A stretch of DNA of 64,000 nucleotides from Candidatus Brocadiia bacterium. GTDB lineage: Bacteria > Planctomycetota > Brocadiia > CAIUPP01. Under the pieces are notes generated by a model that was not told where the DNA came from, did not search any database, and was given only the letters and a program-made list of their open reading frames with translations. The first letter of the stretch is position 1. Every line of letters begins with the position of its first letter. This document shows, piece after piece, positions 1 through 10,415 of the stretch. The stretch spans positions 1 to 64,000 of the forward strand of contig JBEKCB010000014.1 in the NCBI GenBank assembly GCA_050015075.1, in the 5' to 3' direction. The translations under genes were made by a program, and so were the position numbers.

Positions 1-1305
1 AAAAAACTCCTGGCGGCGAATCGCGGGGAGGAACTTCACTTTGACGTGTATGCCAAGCCTCGCGGCGGGCGGTGGCAGAGGTTCGAGAGCGTTTCCAACA
101 CCATCGCGAAAGAGGAGATTGACGGATTTCTGGTCTACCGGCTTATTCACCCCCTGTATAACTTCTACTTTTCAATGAGCATCTGCCAGCGGAATCTTCA
201 GGACTACGACGAGTCCATCCTCCTTGACAACAAAGATTTCGGCGCAGGCCACTGCATGAATTGCCACACCTTCCTGAACAACAAGAGCGATAACATGCTC
301 CTCCAGGTGCGCGGACCCAACCAGGGCATGCTGCTGGAGCGCAAAGGGGTATTGACCAAAGTGGATACGCGGACGAATTCCAACGCGGGGGCCGGCGGAT
401 TCGCCTCCTGGCATCCGAGCGGGCGGGTGGTCGCCTTCTCCGTCAACAAGGTGCGGCAGTTTTTCCACCGCGCGCGCACGGAGGTCCGCGACTGCGTAGA
501 CATGGATTCGTACCTGGAGTTGTACTCGGTTGATACCAACACGATGACGAGCATCCCGAAGATTGCCCCGCCGGGCCAAATGGATACCTGGCCGGCCTGG
601 TCGGCAGACGGCCGCTACCTGTACTTCTGTCGAGCGCCGAGGCCGTGGACCAGCACCGATAAGTACCCGCCCGCGGATTACGAGAAGGTGAAATACGACC
701 TGCTGCGGATCGGATTCGACATTGAGACCCGCGCGTGGGGCGATGTTGAGACGGTCCTTTCCTCCAAGGACACCGGCTTGAGCATCACGGAGCCGAGATT
801 CTCGCCGGACGGCCGCTTCCTGGTCTTCTGCATGGCCGACTACAGCACGTACCCCGTCTGGCAATCCAACAGTGACCTGTACCTCATGGATCTCAAGAGC
901 GGGCGCTATGGCCGCATGGAGTGCAACAGCGACCAGGCGGAGTCGTGGCACTGCTGGTCGAGCAACAGCCGATGGCTGGTCTTCAGCAGCAAACGGGGGA
1001 CAGGCATGTTGAGCCGGCCGTACTTCAGCTACATAGATGACGCCGGCAAGGCTCATAAGCCGTTCGTGATGCCCCAGGAGGACCCTGCCTTCTACGATTC
1101 ATTCGTCAAGCTTTACAATTTGCCCGAGCTCGTCACCGGTCCGGTGCGGCCGGGCGAGCAGGAGTTCGCGCACGCCGTGACCTCTCTGCGTGCGGTTGGG
1201 GTCAAGGGCGAATTGCCCGCCGCTTCCGCAACCCCGCCGACAGCGCCGGATACGACGAGTCCGTGGCGCGCGCCGCAGGATCAATCGGGCCAGATGCTTC
1301 AATGA
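1..1305 (+). CDS. TolB-like/PD40 beta-propeller protein with a CxxCH motif (5'-truncated by the window edge)
   Basis: Frame is open from base 1 (KKLLAANRGEELHFDVYAK...). PD40-like repeats WHPSGRVVAF, PAWSADGRYLYF, PRFSPDGRFLVF, WSSNSRWLVFSS; motif CMNCH. Confidence 0.75.
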   Translation, partial: KKLLAANRGEELHFDVYAKPRGGRWQRFESVSNTIAKEEIDGFLVYRLIHPLYNFYFSMSICQRNLQDYDESILLDNKDFGAGHCMNCHTFLNNKSDNMLLQVRGPNQGMLLERKGVLTKVDTRTNSNAGAGGFASWHPSGRVVAFSVNKVRQFFHRARTEVRDCVDMDSYLELYSVDTNTMTSIPKIAPPGQMDTWPAWSADGRYLYFCRAPRPWTSTDKYPPADYEKVKYDLLRIGFDIETRAWGDVETVLSSKDTGLSITEPRFSPDGRFLVFCMADYSTYPVWQSNSDLYLMDLKSGRYGRMECNSDQAESWHCWSSNSRWLVFSSKRGTGMLSRPYFSYIDDAGKAHKPFVMPQEDPAFYDSFVKLYNLPELVTGPVRPGEQEFAHAVTSLRAVGVKGELPAASATPPTAPDTTSPWRAPQDQSGQMLQ

Positions 1306-1527
1306 TCGTTCGCTCCGTAGCGCACTTGTGGCCGCCGCGATGCAACCCGTCTCCATTTGACCTGATACCGCCCGCAATACCGGCGCATGGCATCTGGAAT
1401 CCGCCGCTGGTATACTACGCAGCGCCGGAAGGCATTTCCTTCATCCGGGGCCGGAATTTCGGATCGAGCACTTCATTTTCCACCCCGATAGGCGTTCGCA
1501 TCCGGCGCGCTAAACGGAGGGCGGCCT

Positions 1528-2523
1528 GTGTTCGTGGACGCACTGTTGTGGCTCGCGAGCCTGTTCATGATCCTGCTGGCGAGCATACTGTTCACCAATG
1601 GGATCGAGCTTCTCGGGCATCGGCTGAAGATGCACCAGAGCGCTGTCGGAAGTGTCCTGGCGGCCGTGGGGACGGCGCTGCCGGAGACGGTCATTCCGAT
1701 CATCGCGATCCTCGTTTTTCACGATTCAAGGGCGATGGATGTCGGCATTGGCGCCATCGCGGGCGCGCCGTTCATGCTCGCCACGCTTGGGCTTTTCCTG
1801 ACAGGTGCGGCGATCATCGCGTTCTCGCTTCTCGGCCGGCGGACGATGGAGATCCGTGTAGCGCCGCGCGCGGTCGCGCGCGACCTGACGTTCTTCATCA
1901 TCCTCTACGGCACGGCAGTGCTGACCACCTTCATCCCAATCCACGCTCTGCGCGTGGTCATCGCGCTGGCGCTGCTGGGATCATACGCTATCTATCTTAA
2001 GAGAACGATCAGCGCGGACGGCGAGGCGCTGGAGCTGCCCGACCTGCTCTGGCTGACGCGGGTGTTCAAGGTCCCGCACCGGCCCGCATGGGTCGTGACG
2101 CAGGTGGTCGGATCGCTGGCGCTGATGCTCGTCGGGGCGCATATTTTCATCGGCTCGGTGGAGCGGATTGCGGAACACCTGGATGTCGCGACGCTGCTCG
2201 TCTCCATCATCCTCACGCCCATCGGCACGGAACTGCCGGAAAAGCTCAACTCGATCCTCTGGGTGCGGCGGAAGAAGGATGCGCTCGCGCTCGGGAACAT
2301 GACCGGGGCCATGGTCTTCCAGAGCTGTTTTCCGGTGGTGTTCGGCATGATCTTCACGCGATGGGAACTGCGCGGCGCAACGATGCTCTCGGCGCTGATC
2401 GCGCTGGCGATGGGCTTGTTCATTCTCGGCTGGGTCAAGCTCCGCAAGTCGCTCAGTCCCTGGCCGCTGCTCCTTGGCGGGTTGATGTACGGCGTGTTTC
2501 TTGCGTACGTCCTTGGACGATAG
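1528..2523 (+). CDS. Sodium:calcium (cation) antiporter, Na_Ca_ex family
   Basis: About 10 hydrophobic segments; alpha-repeat motifs GTALPE and GTELPE; GGAGG RBS upstream of GTG. Confidence 0.85.
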   Translation: MFVDALLWLASLFMILLASILFTNGIELLGHRLKMHQSAVGSVLAAVGTALPETVIPIIAILVFHDSRAMDVGIGAIAGAPFMLATLGLFLTGAAIIAFSLLGRRTMEIRVAPRAVARDLTFFIILYGTAVLTTFIPIHALRVVIALALLGSYAIYLKRTISADGEALELPDLLWLTRVFKVPHRPAWVVTQVVGSLALMLVGAHIFIGSVERIAEHLDVATLLVSIILTPIGTELPEKLNSILWVRRKKDALALGNMTGAMVFQSCFPVVFGMIFTRWELRGATMLSALIALAMGLFILGWVKLRKSLSPWPLLLGGLMYGVFLAYVLGR

Positions 2524-2527
2524 CCCC

Positions 2528-3280
2528 TTATCGATTAAAGCCTCTGAAAAAACAGCCGGGATCGTTCTTGAGTCGTGCCTCGACACACTCTGCAAAACTT
2601 CTGCCGGCCAGCATGGTGGCGGTCGCCCCTCCGATTTTCCCCTCTCGGATAACGCCTTGAACGCGAAATTCATTCTCCATGATGGTGAAATCGTATGAAA
2701 ATGTCCTCCTAAGTATTTTGGACGGCAAGGGAAACACTTCCTCGTTGATGCGGTATTTCGCTTTCGGATGTTCCTGGAATGTCATATACGGCGCCTTCAG
2801 CCGCTCTTCCACCACATGGAAAGCGGTGCAGGAGTTATAGCCGACGCCGAGCAAAAGAATCTTTCCACTGCGACGCATGAACTTGCCCAGCGGTGAGTCT
2901 TCCCCGCAAGGTGTGATGTCCAGGCGATGAACCGTGAGTTCCGCAGCCAGTGGGCCGGCCGCTGAATACGAATGACTTAGGTGGATGCTGCGATGCGTAG
3001 CGTATTCCCGCCGGAACACTTCGGTGATCAATCCGACGCAAGAAGGCGTCTCGCGCACATCGAATATCGGTTCGTCCTCCGACTTAAGCGGAAAGGAAAA
3101 GGCCGGCATCAGGATCGTCCCTTCTGGGCCGATGGTCTCGAGCAAGGCCCGGATCACGGTCTGGCCGCCGCCCTCGACATGGCCAAGACTCTTCAAGGAA
3201 CTGTGCAGGGTCACCAGGTCCCCATTGCCCAAGCCCAGTTTTCTTAATCCATTGATAATCTCGTCTTTGCTGACAATCAT
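2528..3280 (-). CDS. AAC(3)/YokD-family N-acetyltransferase
   Basis: Motifs LHSSLKSLG-VEGG, GPEGTILMPAF, G.ITEVFR, RS.H.SHS, ILLLGVG, TAFHVVE. Confidence 0.85.
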   Translation of the reverse strand: MIVSKDEIINGLRKLGLGNGDLVTLHSSLKSLGHVEGGGQTVIRALLETIGPEGTILMPAFSFPLKSEDEPIFDVRETPSCVGLITEVFRREYATHRSIHLSHSYSAAGPLAAELTVHRLDITPCGEDSPLGKFMRRSGKILLLGVGYNSCTAFHVVEERLKAPYMTFQEHPKAKYRINEEVFPLPSKILRRTFSYDFTIMENEFRVQGVIREGKIGGATATMLAGRSFAECVEARLKNDPGCFFRGFNR

Positions 3281-3305
3281 GATTGTGGAACCCGCGTTCT
3301 TCCTG

Positions 3306-4316
3306 TTAGGTTAAGGTTGCCCGGATGCGTTGAGACTTACCGCTTGCAGCGGATCGGTAAAGCGCTTCGATCATCTTGAGGAGGGTCCATCCTTGTTCCG
3401 GGGTGACGATTGGATTCTGGTCCTCGCGGATGCACCTGACAAAATGCTCAACGGGATTCTCGGTCTTGATCGCCTCCGGCTTTACCTGTTCGCAATCTCC
3501 GCCATGCCTCCGGGTAACGATAAACGGTTGTGCCGTCGCCCCCATCTTAGTGCCCAGCACGCGGAGCAGGTGTGTCGGCTCCTGGACAACCGATGCCCAC
3601 GCATTCTCAAAAAGGAGCGCGGCGCCGTTCTCGAAGCGGATCATCCCGGTGGCGAAGTCCTCGACATCGAACTCTTTGCCGATGAGTTCGGATCCGAACT
3701 TGTTGTACGTCTGCCCCATGGCCTCCGCCGGCTTCGGGCACCCCATGAGATACCACTGCTGGTCAATAAGGTGCACCCCGTTGTCCAGCAGCGCGCCCCC
3801 TCCGGATTGGGCTTTCTTATAGAACCACCCGCCGATGCCGGTCGGGATGCCCCGCGGCTGACGAAGGTATGAGCTGAACGAGTAGTACACTTCGCCCAGC
3901 TCGCCGGATTCCAGGAGTGCGTGAATATACGTTGACGCCGGCGTGAAACGCAGGTGGAGGTTCATCATGAATTTTTTTCCGCTTGCGCGCGCCGCCGCGA
4001 CGATCCTTTCGCCCGCGGCTGCCGTATGCGCCAGGGGTTTTTCACACAGCACGTGTTTCCCTTTTTTGAACGCGCGGACGGCCGCCGGTTCATGAAGGAA
4101 AGTGGGCAGACAGATACTCACAGCGTCAATGTCGGGGTCGTCGCAGAGTTCCTCGTATGACGAATAGCGCCTCACGCGCGCATCGGCATTTGAGGCCAAA
4201 CGCTCCGCGTTCGCATCCGCCACGGCGACCAACTCGACGGCGGCCAATTGTTTATACTTCTCAATGTGCGACTGGCCGATTCCCAGCCCAATCACGCCGA
4301 CCTTGAGGGTATTCAC
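3306..4316 (-). CDS. Gfo/Idh/MocA family oxidoreductase
   Basis: VGVIGLGIG Rossmann start, HVLCEKP, GGGALLDNGVHLID. Confidence 0.9.
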   Translation of the reverse strand: MNTLKVGVIGLGIGQSHIEKYKQLAAVELVAVADANAERLASNADARVRRYSSYEELCDDPDIDAVSICLPTFLHEPAAVRAFKKGKHVLCEKPLAHTAAAGERIVAAARASGKKFMMNLHLRFTPASTYIHALLESGELGEVYYSFSSYLRQPRGIPTGIGGWFYKKAQSGGGALLDNGVHLIDQQWYLMGCPKPAEAMGQTYNKFGSELIGKEFDVEDFATGMIRFENGAALLFENAWASVVQEPTHLLRVLGTKMGATAQPFIVTRRHGGDCEQVKPEAIKTENPVEHFVRCIREDQNPIVTPEQGWTLLKMIEALYRSAASGKSQRIRATLT

Positions 4317-5134
4317 TTCGTCCCCTTCGCCTTCGAGGCCTCATTAGGTGGAACGGGCTTCAAGCGCCTGAGAAAAGAAACCGCCCTGCGGGTGTCCCCG
4401 ACCACGTCTTCTCCCACCTCGCGTTCAATCGTGTAGGCCCCGTTGTAGCCCAGGCTTGTCAAGAGCCCCACATACACCGGGAAGTTGACGTCGCCTTCCC
4501 CCAGCGGCATTTCCCGGCCCTTGCCCTCACGGCGCACGCCGTCTTTGGCATGGGTATGAACGATGAGCGGGAACAATTCGCGAACGGCGGCGAGATAATC
4601 AATCCCGTTCATAACAAGGTTGGCGGGATCATAATTCACGCCGAGCCCCTTAGTCTCCGCTCTTTCCAGAATCCTCCGAAGCGTCGTACCGGATTCAAGC
4701 CCCGTCTCGGTCGCCAGCGTCACACCGTGGCTCGCGGCAAAATCTCCCAATCGTTTGAGGTTCGTCACAATGATCTTTTCCCTCGCGCCGGAAGGATCAT
4801 CGCCCAGCGACCCGATGTGCGTCGTCATGATTGCGCTTTCCAGTTCCGCCGTTTGGATGACGGCCTCCCGGAGCATCGCCTCCTTGGCCTTGAGCGCCGC
4901 GTCATCGCCGAAATTGAGGCCGAAGTCGCCGCACGTGGCGCTTAACTCCAGACCTAAGTCCTTGTACTGCTTGACGAAATCCGCGCGCGCCTGCCGGTTC
5001 ATGTTCGCCGCGAGCATTTCTCCTTTAGTGACGAATACTTGAAAGCTTTGCACTTTCATCTCGGCGGCCAGGCGCAGGCCTTCAGGAATGGGACGCCGGA
5101 GACAGTCCACAAAGACGCCGATGTTCAACTTCAT
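4313..5134 (-). CDS. Sugar phosphate isomerase/epimerase (xylose isomerase-like TIM barrel)
   Basis: LATETG, NYDPANL, HTHAKD, GEGDVNF, TIERE metal-site motifs. Start placed at MKLNIG (ATG 5134, GGAGG RBS) rather than at the ORF-track start. Confidence 0.85.
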   Translation of the reverse strand: MKLNIGVFVDCLRRPIPEGLRLAAEMKVQSFQVFVTKGEMLAANMNRQARADFVKQYKDLGLELSATCGDFGLNFGDDAALKAKEAMLREAVIQTAELESAIMTTHIGSLGDDPSGAREKIIVTNLKRLGDFAASHGVTLATETGLESGTTLRRILERAETKGLGVNYDPANLVMNGIDYLAAVRELFPLIVHTHAKDGVRREGKGREMPLGEGDVNFPVYVGLLTSLGYNGAYTIEREVGEDVVGDTRRAVSFLRRLKPVPPNEASKAKGTK

Positions 5135-5163
5135 ACTGACCTCCACTTTAACAATTGAACCGC

Positions 5164-6783
5164 TCAGTCGGGTTTTCCAAAGCCTCCGCCGCCGGGGGTG
5201 CGTATGCTGAGGATATCCCCCGGATTCAGATAAAAGCTTCCCTTGCCTGGCAATGCCGTCTCCACGCCTGCTCGGATCAGGACATTTTCTCCGCGCATGC
5301 CGCATTCACCTCCTTGCAGACCGTACGGCCCTCGTAAGCGTCTGTCGCTAATCAGGGTAACCTGCGTCTCACCCTCCTGGCTTAGCGTTTGAATGTCTCT
5401 GCGAAGGCCGTCGCCGCCGCGGAAGCGGCCTCTGCCGCCCGAACCCCGCCGGATTTCGTAGCGCAGCACGCGCAGGGGATAGGCATATTCGATCGCTTCG
5501 GCGGGCGTGTTGAGCGTATTGGTCATGTGCGTATGCACGGCCGACAGCCCCGGCGCGGTGGGACGGGCGCCCATGCCTCCGCCGATCGTCTCATAATACG
5601 TGAAAGCGCGCGGCGGTTTCCCGCTGCGGCGGCCGTCGAATCCGCCGATGCTGATGTTATTCATCGTTCCCTGGCTGGCGGCCGGCACGCGCTCCGGGCA
5701 AGCCTGCGCCATCGCGCCCAGGAGGACGTCGACAATTCGCTGCGAGGTTTCCACGTTCCCCGCTGCAACGGGCGCGGGCGGCTGCGCGTTCACGACGCTG
5801 CGCGGCGGCGCGACCGCCTCGATCGGCGCCAGACACCCGGAGTTGTTCGGCGCGTCCAGGCGGAGCAGGCAGCGGAATACGTAGCTGACGGCGGAGAGCG
5901 TGATAGCGTACACGGCGTTCACGCCGGTCGGTTGCTGCGACGCGGAGCCGGTGAAGTCCACGGTCGCGTGATCGCCCTCGATCGTAACGGCGACCCGGAT
6001 GTCCACCGGCTCAGGGGAGACTCCGTTGTCGTCCAACGCATCCGCATAGCGGTACGTGCCGCCGGGCAGCCCGGCGAGGAGTGCGCGTGTCAGCCGCTCC
6101 GTATAGGCCAGAAGTTCGGCCATGTAGAGAGCGACTTCGTCCGTCCCATACCGGGCGACCATCTCCTGCAGCCGGGCGGCGCCGCGCTGGTTCGCAGCCA
6201 CCTGCGCCCAGAGATCGCCGGAACGCTCGTCGGGGGTGCGCACGTTGGCCAGGATCAGATCCAGTACGCCTTGATTGAGCCGCCCGGCGCTGAACAGTTT
6301 CAGCGGCGGGATGATCAAGCCTTCCTGGTAGATTTCACGCGCGACCGGCATGGATCCGGGCGTCATTCCCCCGACGTCCGCATGGTGCGCCCGGCAGGCG
6401 ACGAACCCGAACGGCTCCTCGGCTCCTGAGGGTGAGTTCGACGCGAACACCGGCGTGACGAGGGTAATATCGGGCAGGTGCGTGCCGCCGCGAAAGGGGT
6501 CATTCATGAGGATGGCGTCTCCGCGCACGAGCCCGCCGGAAGTCCGGAAGGCGTCAATGGCGGCGCCCACCGAGAGCGGCATGGACCCGAGATGCACGGG
6601 GATGTGCGCCGCCTGGGCCGCCATTCTGCCCTGGCCGTCAAAGAGCGCACACGAGTAGTCCCGGCGCTCTTTGATATTGGGCGAGTAACTGGCCCGGCGC
6701 AGCACCACGCCCATCTCTTCGGCGATGGAGGTCAGCCGATGCTTGAACACTTCCAGGCGAATCGGATCGGCCACTGGCGTCAC
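5164..6783 (-). CDS. Hydantoinase B/oxoprolinase family protein
   Basis: SPNIKERRDYSCA, HIPVHLGSM, NDPFRGGTHLPD, HHADVGG, GNVETSQR, HTHMTNT. Confidence 0.92.
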   Translation of the reverse strand: MTPVADPIRLEVFKHRLTSIAEEMGVVLRRASYSPNIKERRDYSCALFDGQGRMAAQAAHIPVHLGSMPLSVGAAIDAFRTSGGLVRGDAILMNDPFRGGTHLPDITLVTPVFASNSPSGAEEPFGFVACRAHHADVGGMTPGSMPVAREIYQEGLIIPPLKLFSAGRLNQGVLDLILANVRTPDERSGDLWAQVAANQRGAARLQEMVARYGTDEVALYMAELLAYTERLTRALLAGLPGGTYRYADALDDNGVSPEPVDIRVAVTIEGDHATVDFTGSASQQPTGVNAVYAITLSAVSYVFRCLLRLDAPNNSGCLAPIEAVAPPRSVVNAQPPAPVAAGNVETSQRIVDVLLGAMAQACPERVPAASQGTMNNISIGGFDGRRSGKPPRAFTYYETIGGGMGARPTAPGLSAVHTHMTNTLNTPAEAIEYAYPLRVLRYEIRRGSGGRGRFRGGDGLRRDIQTLSQEGETQVTLISDRRLRGPYGLQGGECGMRGENVLIRAGVETALPGKGSFYLNPGDILSIRTPGGGGFGKPD

Positions 6784-8888
6784 GCCCTTTCCGAGTCGGA
6801 ATTGCCGACGGTCAGGATCAAGTTGTGATAGGCATCCACCTTGGTCCGGTCTCCCGCGGAGACGAGGATGGTCGTGTCGGCGCGCACGATGATCGCGGGG
6901 CCTTCGATGACGTTGCCCGGCCGCAAGGATTCGTACCGGAAGAATGGGACTTCCGCTGCACCCGAACTCAGTACCACGGGCCGTGCGCCGATGATCGCGC
7001 GGCGCGGGTCCGGTCCTTCCATCTCGGACGGCGCCAGAGGCGGCGGAATCACCCGCCCGGTCGCGCGGACGCGCACGTTGACAATTTCCGACGCCCCATC
7101 CCGCCGCGCGTACCCGTAGGTGTGCTCATGGAGGCGGTGGAACGCCTCGCCGGGATCGAAATCGGTCTCGCCGTCGGCGGGCCAAGGCACGGTCAACTCG
7201 TAGGACTGGCCGACGTATCGCATATCCAATAGTCGTTGGATGAGGATGTCTCCAGGGGCCACGCGGTCGGCGAGGACATCGCTCCTTCCGCGCTCGACCA
7301 GCGGTTCGAGTGCAGAGGCCACCGCCGCCGGCGGCGAGTCGCCCGGGAGCATGACGGTTTGCGTGTAATCCTTCACGACATCAGCAGCCAGCATGCCGAA
7401 AGCCGACAGGGTGGAAGCCAGAGGCGGAACGATCACGGTGGAAATATTCAGCCGGCGTGCCAAGTCGGCGGCGTGCAGCCCGCCCGCGCCGCCGAAGGAG
7501 AGCAGGCTGTAGTCGCGCGGATCGTGGCCGCGCTCGACGGAAATCACGCGCAGCGCCCTTTCCATGTGCGCATTGACCACCTCGATCATCCCCAGCGCGG
7601 TCCGGATCGGGTCGAGGTGCAACGCCTCCCCGATCCGCCTCAGCGCCCGCAACGCGCGGCCCTCATCCAGCGGCATCTTCCCGCCCAGGAACTGGTCGGC
7701 CGCCAGCCGGCCGAGGACCAAGTTCGCGTCGGTAACGGTCGGCAAATCGCCGCGGCCGTAACAGGCCGGTCCAGGGTCCGCCGCCGCGCTCTCCGGCCCG
7801 ACGCGCAATGCGCCTCCGGCATCCACGGAGGCAATGGACCCGCCGCCGGCGCCGATGGAATGGATGTCCAGGACCGGTATGCGGATGGGGCAACCGCCCA
7901 CAACGGATTCGCTGGTTACCACGGGAGCTTCGTCCACCAGAGAGACATCGGTGGAGGTGCCGCCCATGTCGAAGGTCAGGATGCCTATCCGCCCGTCGTT
8001 CCGCGCGGGCCCGGCCAACGAAGGGATCGGCCGCAGGCGGGCCACATGGCAGGCGCCTACAACGCCGCCGGCCGGCCCGGAGAGGATGCAACGCACGCCG
8101 CTGCGTCGGGCCTCGTCCAGGCTGATGTGACCTCCGTTCGATTGCATGACGCGAAAAGCAACGCCGCCGTCCGTCGAGCCGCCGGTCGCCCGCTCCAGGC
8201 GGCCGAGGTAACTGTCGAGGATCGGCGAGACATACGCGTTGACCACCGTTGTGCTCGTCCGCTCGTACTCGCGATACTCAGGCAGAATTTCGTGCGAGGA
8301 GGAGACCCTGAAGCCGGCCTCTCGCAAGCGCGCCGCCACCAGGCGCTCATGCTCGGGCCGGGCGAACGAGAACAGCAGGCTCACCGCGACCGATGCGGCG
8401 TTGCGGGCCTTCAGGGCGGCAATGAGCGGCTCGAGCGCCTTCACGTCGAGCGGCGTCAGCACGTTGCCATCTTTGTCCACCCGTTCATCCACTTCAAAGC
8501 GGAGCTCTTTCGGGACAAGCGTGGGCAGAGGATCGGCGAAGAAGTCGTAAAGCGAAGGGCGATTCTGCCGGCCGATTTGAAGGACATCGCGGAAGCCTCG
8601 CGTCGCAACCAGGGCGGTGACTGCGCCTTTGCGTTCGAGCAAGGCGTTGGTGGCGACGGTGGATCCGTGGACGATGCGGAGTTCGGCCGAAGCGGCGCAG
8701 CGGCCGCGGATCGCCGCAAGCCCCTCCAACACGGCTTGAGAAGGGTCCTGCGGCGTGGTCAGGAGTTTGAACGTCTCCACGCTGCCGCTCGCGGGATCGA
8801 AAACCACAAAGTCAGTGAACGTGCCGCCGATGTCAATGCCGACACGAAGCGCCGCAGGGCGCTCAGCCCGACTGGAATGCACCGGCAT
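6780..8888 (-). CDS. Hydantoinase A/oxoprolinase family protein
   Basis: GIDIGGTFTD, HGSTVATNALLE, REYERTST, SGPAGG, DMGGTSTD, FGGAGGLH. Start chosen at ATG 8888 behind GAGGAGG. Confidence 0.92.
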   Translation of the reverse strand: MPVHSSRAERPAALRVGIDIGGTFTDFVVFDPASGSVETFKLLTTPQDPSQAVLEGLAAIRGRCAASAELRIVHGSTVATNALLERKGAVTALVATRGFRDVLQIGRQNRPSLYDFFADPLPTLVPKELRFEVDERVDKDGNVLTPLDVKALEPLIAALKARNAASVAVSLLFSFARPEHERLVAARLREAGFRVSSSHEILPEYREYERTSTTVVNAYVSPILDSYLGRLERATGGSTDGGVAFRVMQSNGGHISLDEARRSGVRCILSGPAGGVVGACHVARLRPIPSLAGPARNDGRIGILTFDMGGTSTDVSLVDEAPVVTSESVVGGCPIRIPVLDIHSIGAGGGSIASVDAGGALRVGPESAAADPGPACYGRGDLPTVTDANLVLGRLAADQFLGGKMPLDEGRALRALRRIGEALHLDPIRTALGMIEVVNAHMERALRVISVERGHDPRDYSLLSFGGAGGLHAADLARRLNISTVIVPPLASTLSAFGMLAADVVKDYTQTVMLPGDSPPAAVASALEPLVERGRSDVLADRVAPGDILIQRLLDMRYVGQSYELTVPWPADGETDFDPGEAFHRLHEHTYGYARRDGASEIVNVRVRATGRVIPPPLAPSEMEGPDPRRAIIGARPVVLSSGAAEVPFFRYESLRPGNVIEGPAIIVRADTTILVSAGDRTKVDAYHNLILTVGNSDSERA

Positions 8889-8932
8889 CGCCTCCTCGGC
8901 GGTACGCCCGCGTTTCATTCTACGGCAACGCC

Positions 8933-10351
8933 CTATCGGCCGCGCAACTCCGACTGGAGCATGAGATAGTAGGGCACGGTGGAAAAACCAAACCAGGTGT
9001 CCGGAGTCGCGGTCGCCTCGAAATTCTTCTGGATCTCGACATCATATGGGACCAGCGCGGTCCACATCCGCAGGACCTGGACCTTCGTGTCCTTGTCGGT
9101 GTCCAGCGTCACCTGGGCCGCCTGCGCGTCCTTGGGCTGGACGACAATCTTGCCCTTGTTCGCTTTCACGTCCCACTGCACGCTGACCACCGTGCCGTTC
9201 AACGCCCCCGCGCCCGCGGAAGCCGGCTCCGAGGTCTTCGAATTCGGGAAGCAGGCGTTGATCTGTTTCGCCGTGCCGCCGGTCGCCTGGACCGAGATCG
9301 TCATTCCGGCCCCCGGACTGCCGGGATCACCTTCGACCCAACTGGTCTTGGCGGTGGCGATCAGGGCATCAATGTCCGCCTTGGTGAAAATTAGACCATG
9401 CTCATAGGCGGCGGCGATGGCCCGGGTGTCACCCGTGTAATACCCGCCGTTGGGATGGGTGCCGATCCAGAGTTTGGGGGTGCCGTCGTTCTTGTAATCC
9501 CACGGCCCGGCCGGTTGCCAGTAGTTCCAAATCGCGTACGTGCCATCGCTGTTCAGCGTCATCCGGCTCTTTTGTACCTTGAACCATCTCTCAGCGCGGT
9601 CCTTGAATTCCGGCTTGCCCGTCACGTCCCACATCGCGAGCATCCATCGGGCGACCTCGTTGGCCTTGTTGTCAGGGTGAGAGAATCCGTGCCCGGGGTC
9701 GTTCCGGGTGTCGAAATCAATCCACTTCTGGTGGGTCGCATCCATCCCGTACGGCAGTTCCATGGAGATCATCCCGCCGTCCTGGGTCTCCCGCCAGCCG
9801 CCGCGCTCCACCCACTTCGCATAGAGCTGTTCGGTGAGCTTGAGGTAGCTCTCGCCTTTCGCGCCGTACTTCCGCTTCAGCGCGGGGTCCTTGATCATCT
9901 GATTGGCCATCAGGACGATCGGGCGGAACACCATGGCGTCGCTGAGCATGCTGTCGGCATTGTAGTCATCCAGGTTGTCCACCGGAGTGCCGGCCGCTCC
10001 CTTCGAGGGCCAGCCGACGTAGCCGTCGGGCTCCTTCACGGCGCGCTTGATCAGGGAATCCGCCCAGTCCACCAGCATGTCCACGTACTTGGGATTCTTC
10101 GTGGCCACGTAACCGTAATAGAAGGCGTCCATGGCAGGCGTCATCCCGAAGGCAATGTCCTCGCCCACGTCGTGATCGCACTCGCGGAAGGCCTTGGTGT
10201 CGCTGAGCAGCTCCTTATCCCAGCGGGCGAGCCAGTCCTTTTGCTTCGCCGCGTCCATTTTCGTGAGCGTCATGGCCGGGGGCGTGGTCTGTGCCTGGCA
10301 GAGAGCCGCCAGCATGAGCCCGGCGACGCACAGCCCGATCATCTTCTTCAT
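8933..10351 (-). CDS. Secreted hypothetical protein, probable alpha/alpha-toroid carbohydrate-active fold
   Basis: Signal peptide MKKMIGLCVAGLMLAALCQA; AGGAG RBS; helical repeats ending in TKNPKY and TGKPEF; W/Y-rich. Confidence 0.6.
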   Translation of the reverse strand: MKKMIGLCVAGLMLAALCQAQTTPPAMTLTKMDAAKQKDWLARWDKELLSDTKAFRECDHDVGEDIAFGMTPAMDAFYYGYVATKNPKYVDMLVDWADSLIKRAVKEPDGYVGWPSKGAAGTPVDNLDDYNADSMLSDAMVFRPIVLMANQMIKDPALKRKYGAKGESYLKLTEQLYAKWVERGGWRETQDGGMISMELPYGMDATHQKWIDFDTRNDPGHGFSHPDNKANEVARWMLAMWDVTGKPEFKDRAERWFKVQKSRMTLNSDGTYAIWNYWQPAGPWDYKNDGTPKLWIGTHPNGGYYTGDTRAIAAAYEHGLIFTKADIDALIATAKTSWVEGDPGSPGAGMTISVQATGGTAKQINACFPNSKTSEPASAGAGALNGTVVSVQWDVKANKGKIVVQPKDAQAAQVTLDTDKDTKVQVLRMWTALVPYDVEIQKNFEATATPDTWFGFSTVPYYLMLQSELRGR

Positions 10352-10415
10352 GCGTTCTCCTCCTTTGGGTCAATGGCCGCTCGCGCGGCGTGTATCAGAG
10401 ATCGGATATTCATGC

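Noticed and set aside
2528-3280. Acquired aminoglycoside resistance gene
   Set aside because: Family-level motifs only; metabolic operon context and no mobile element.
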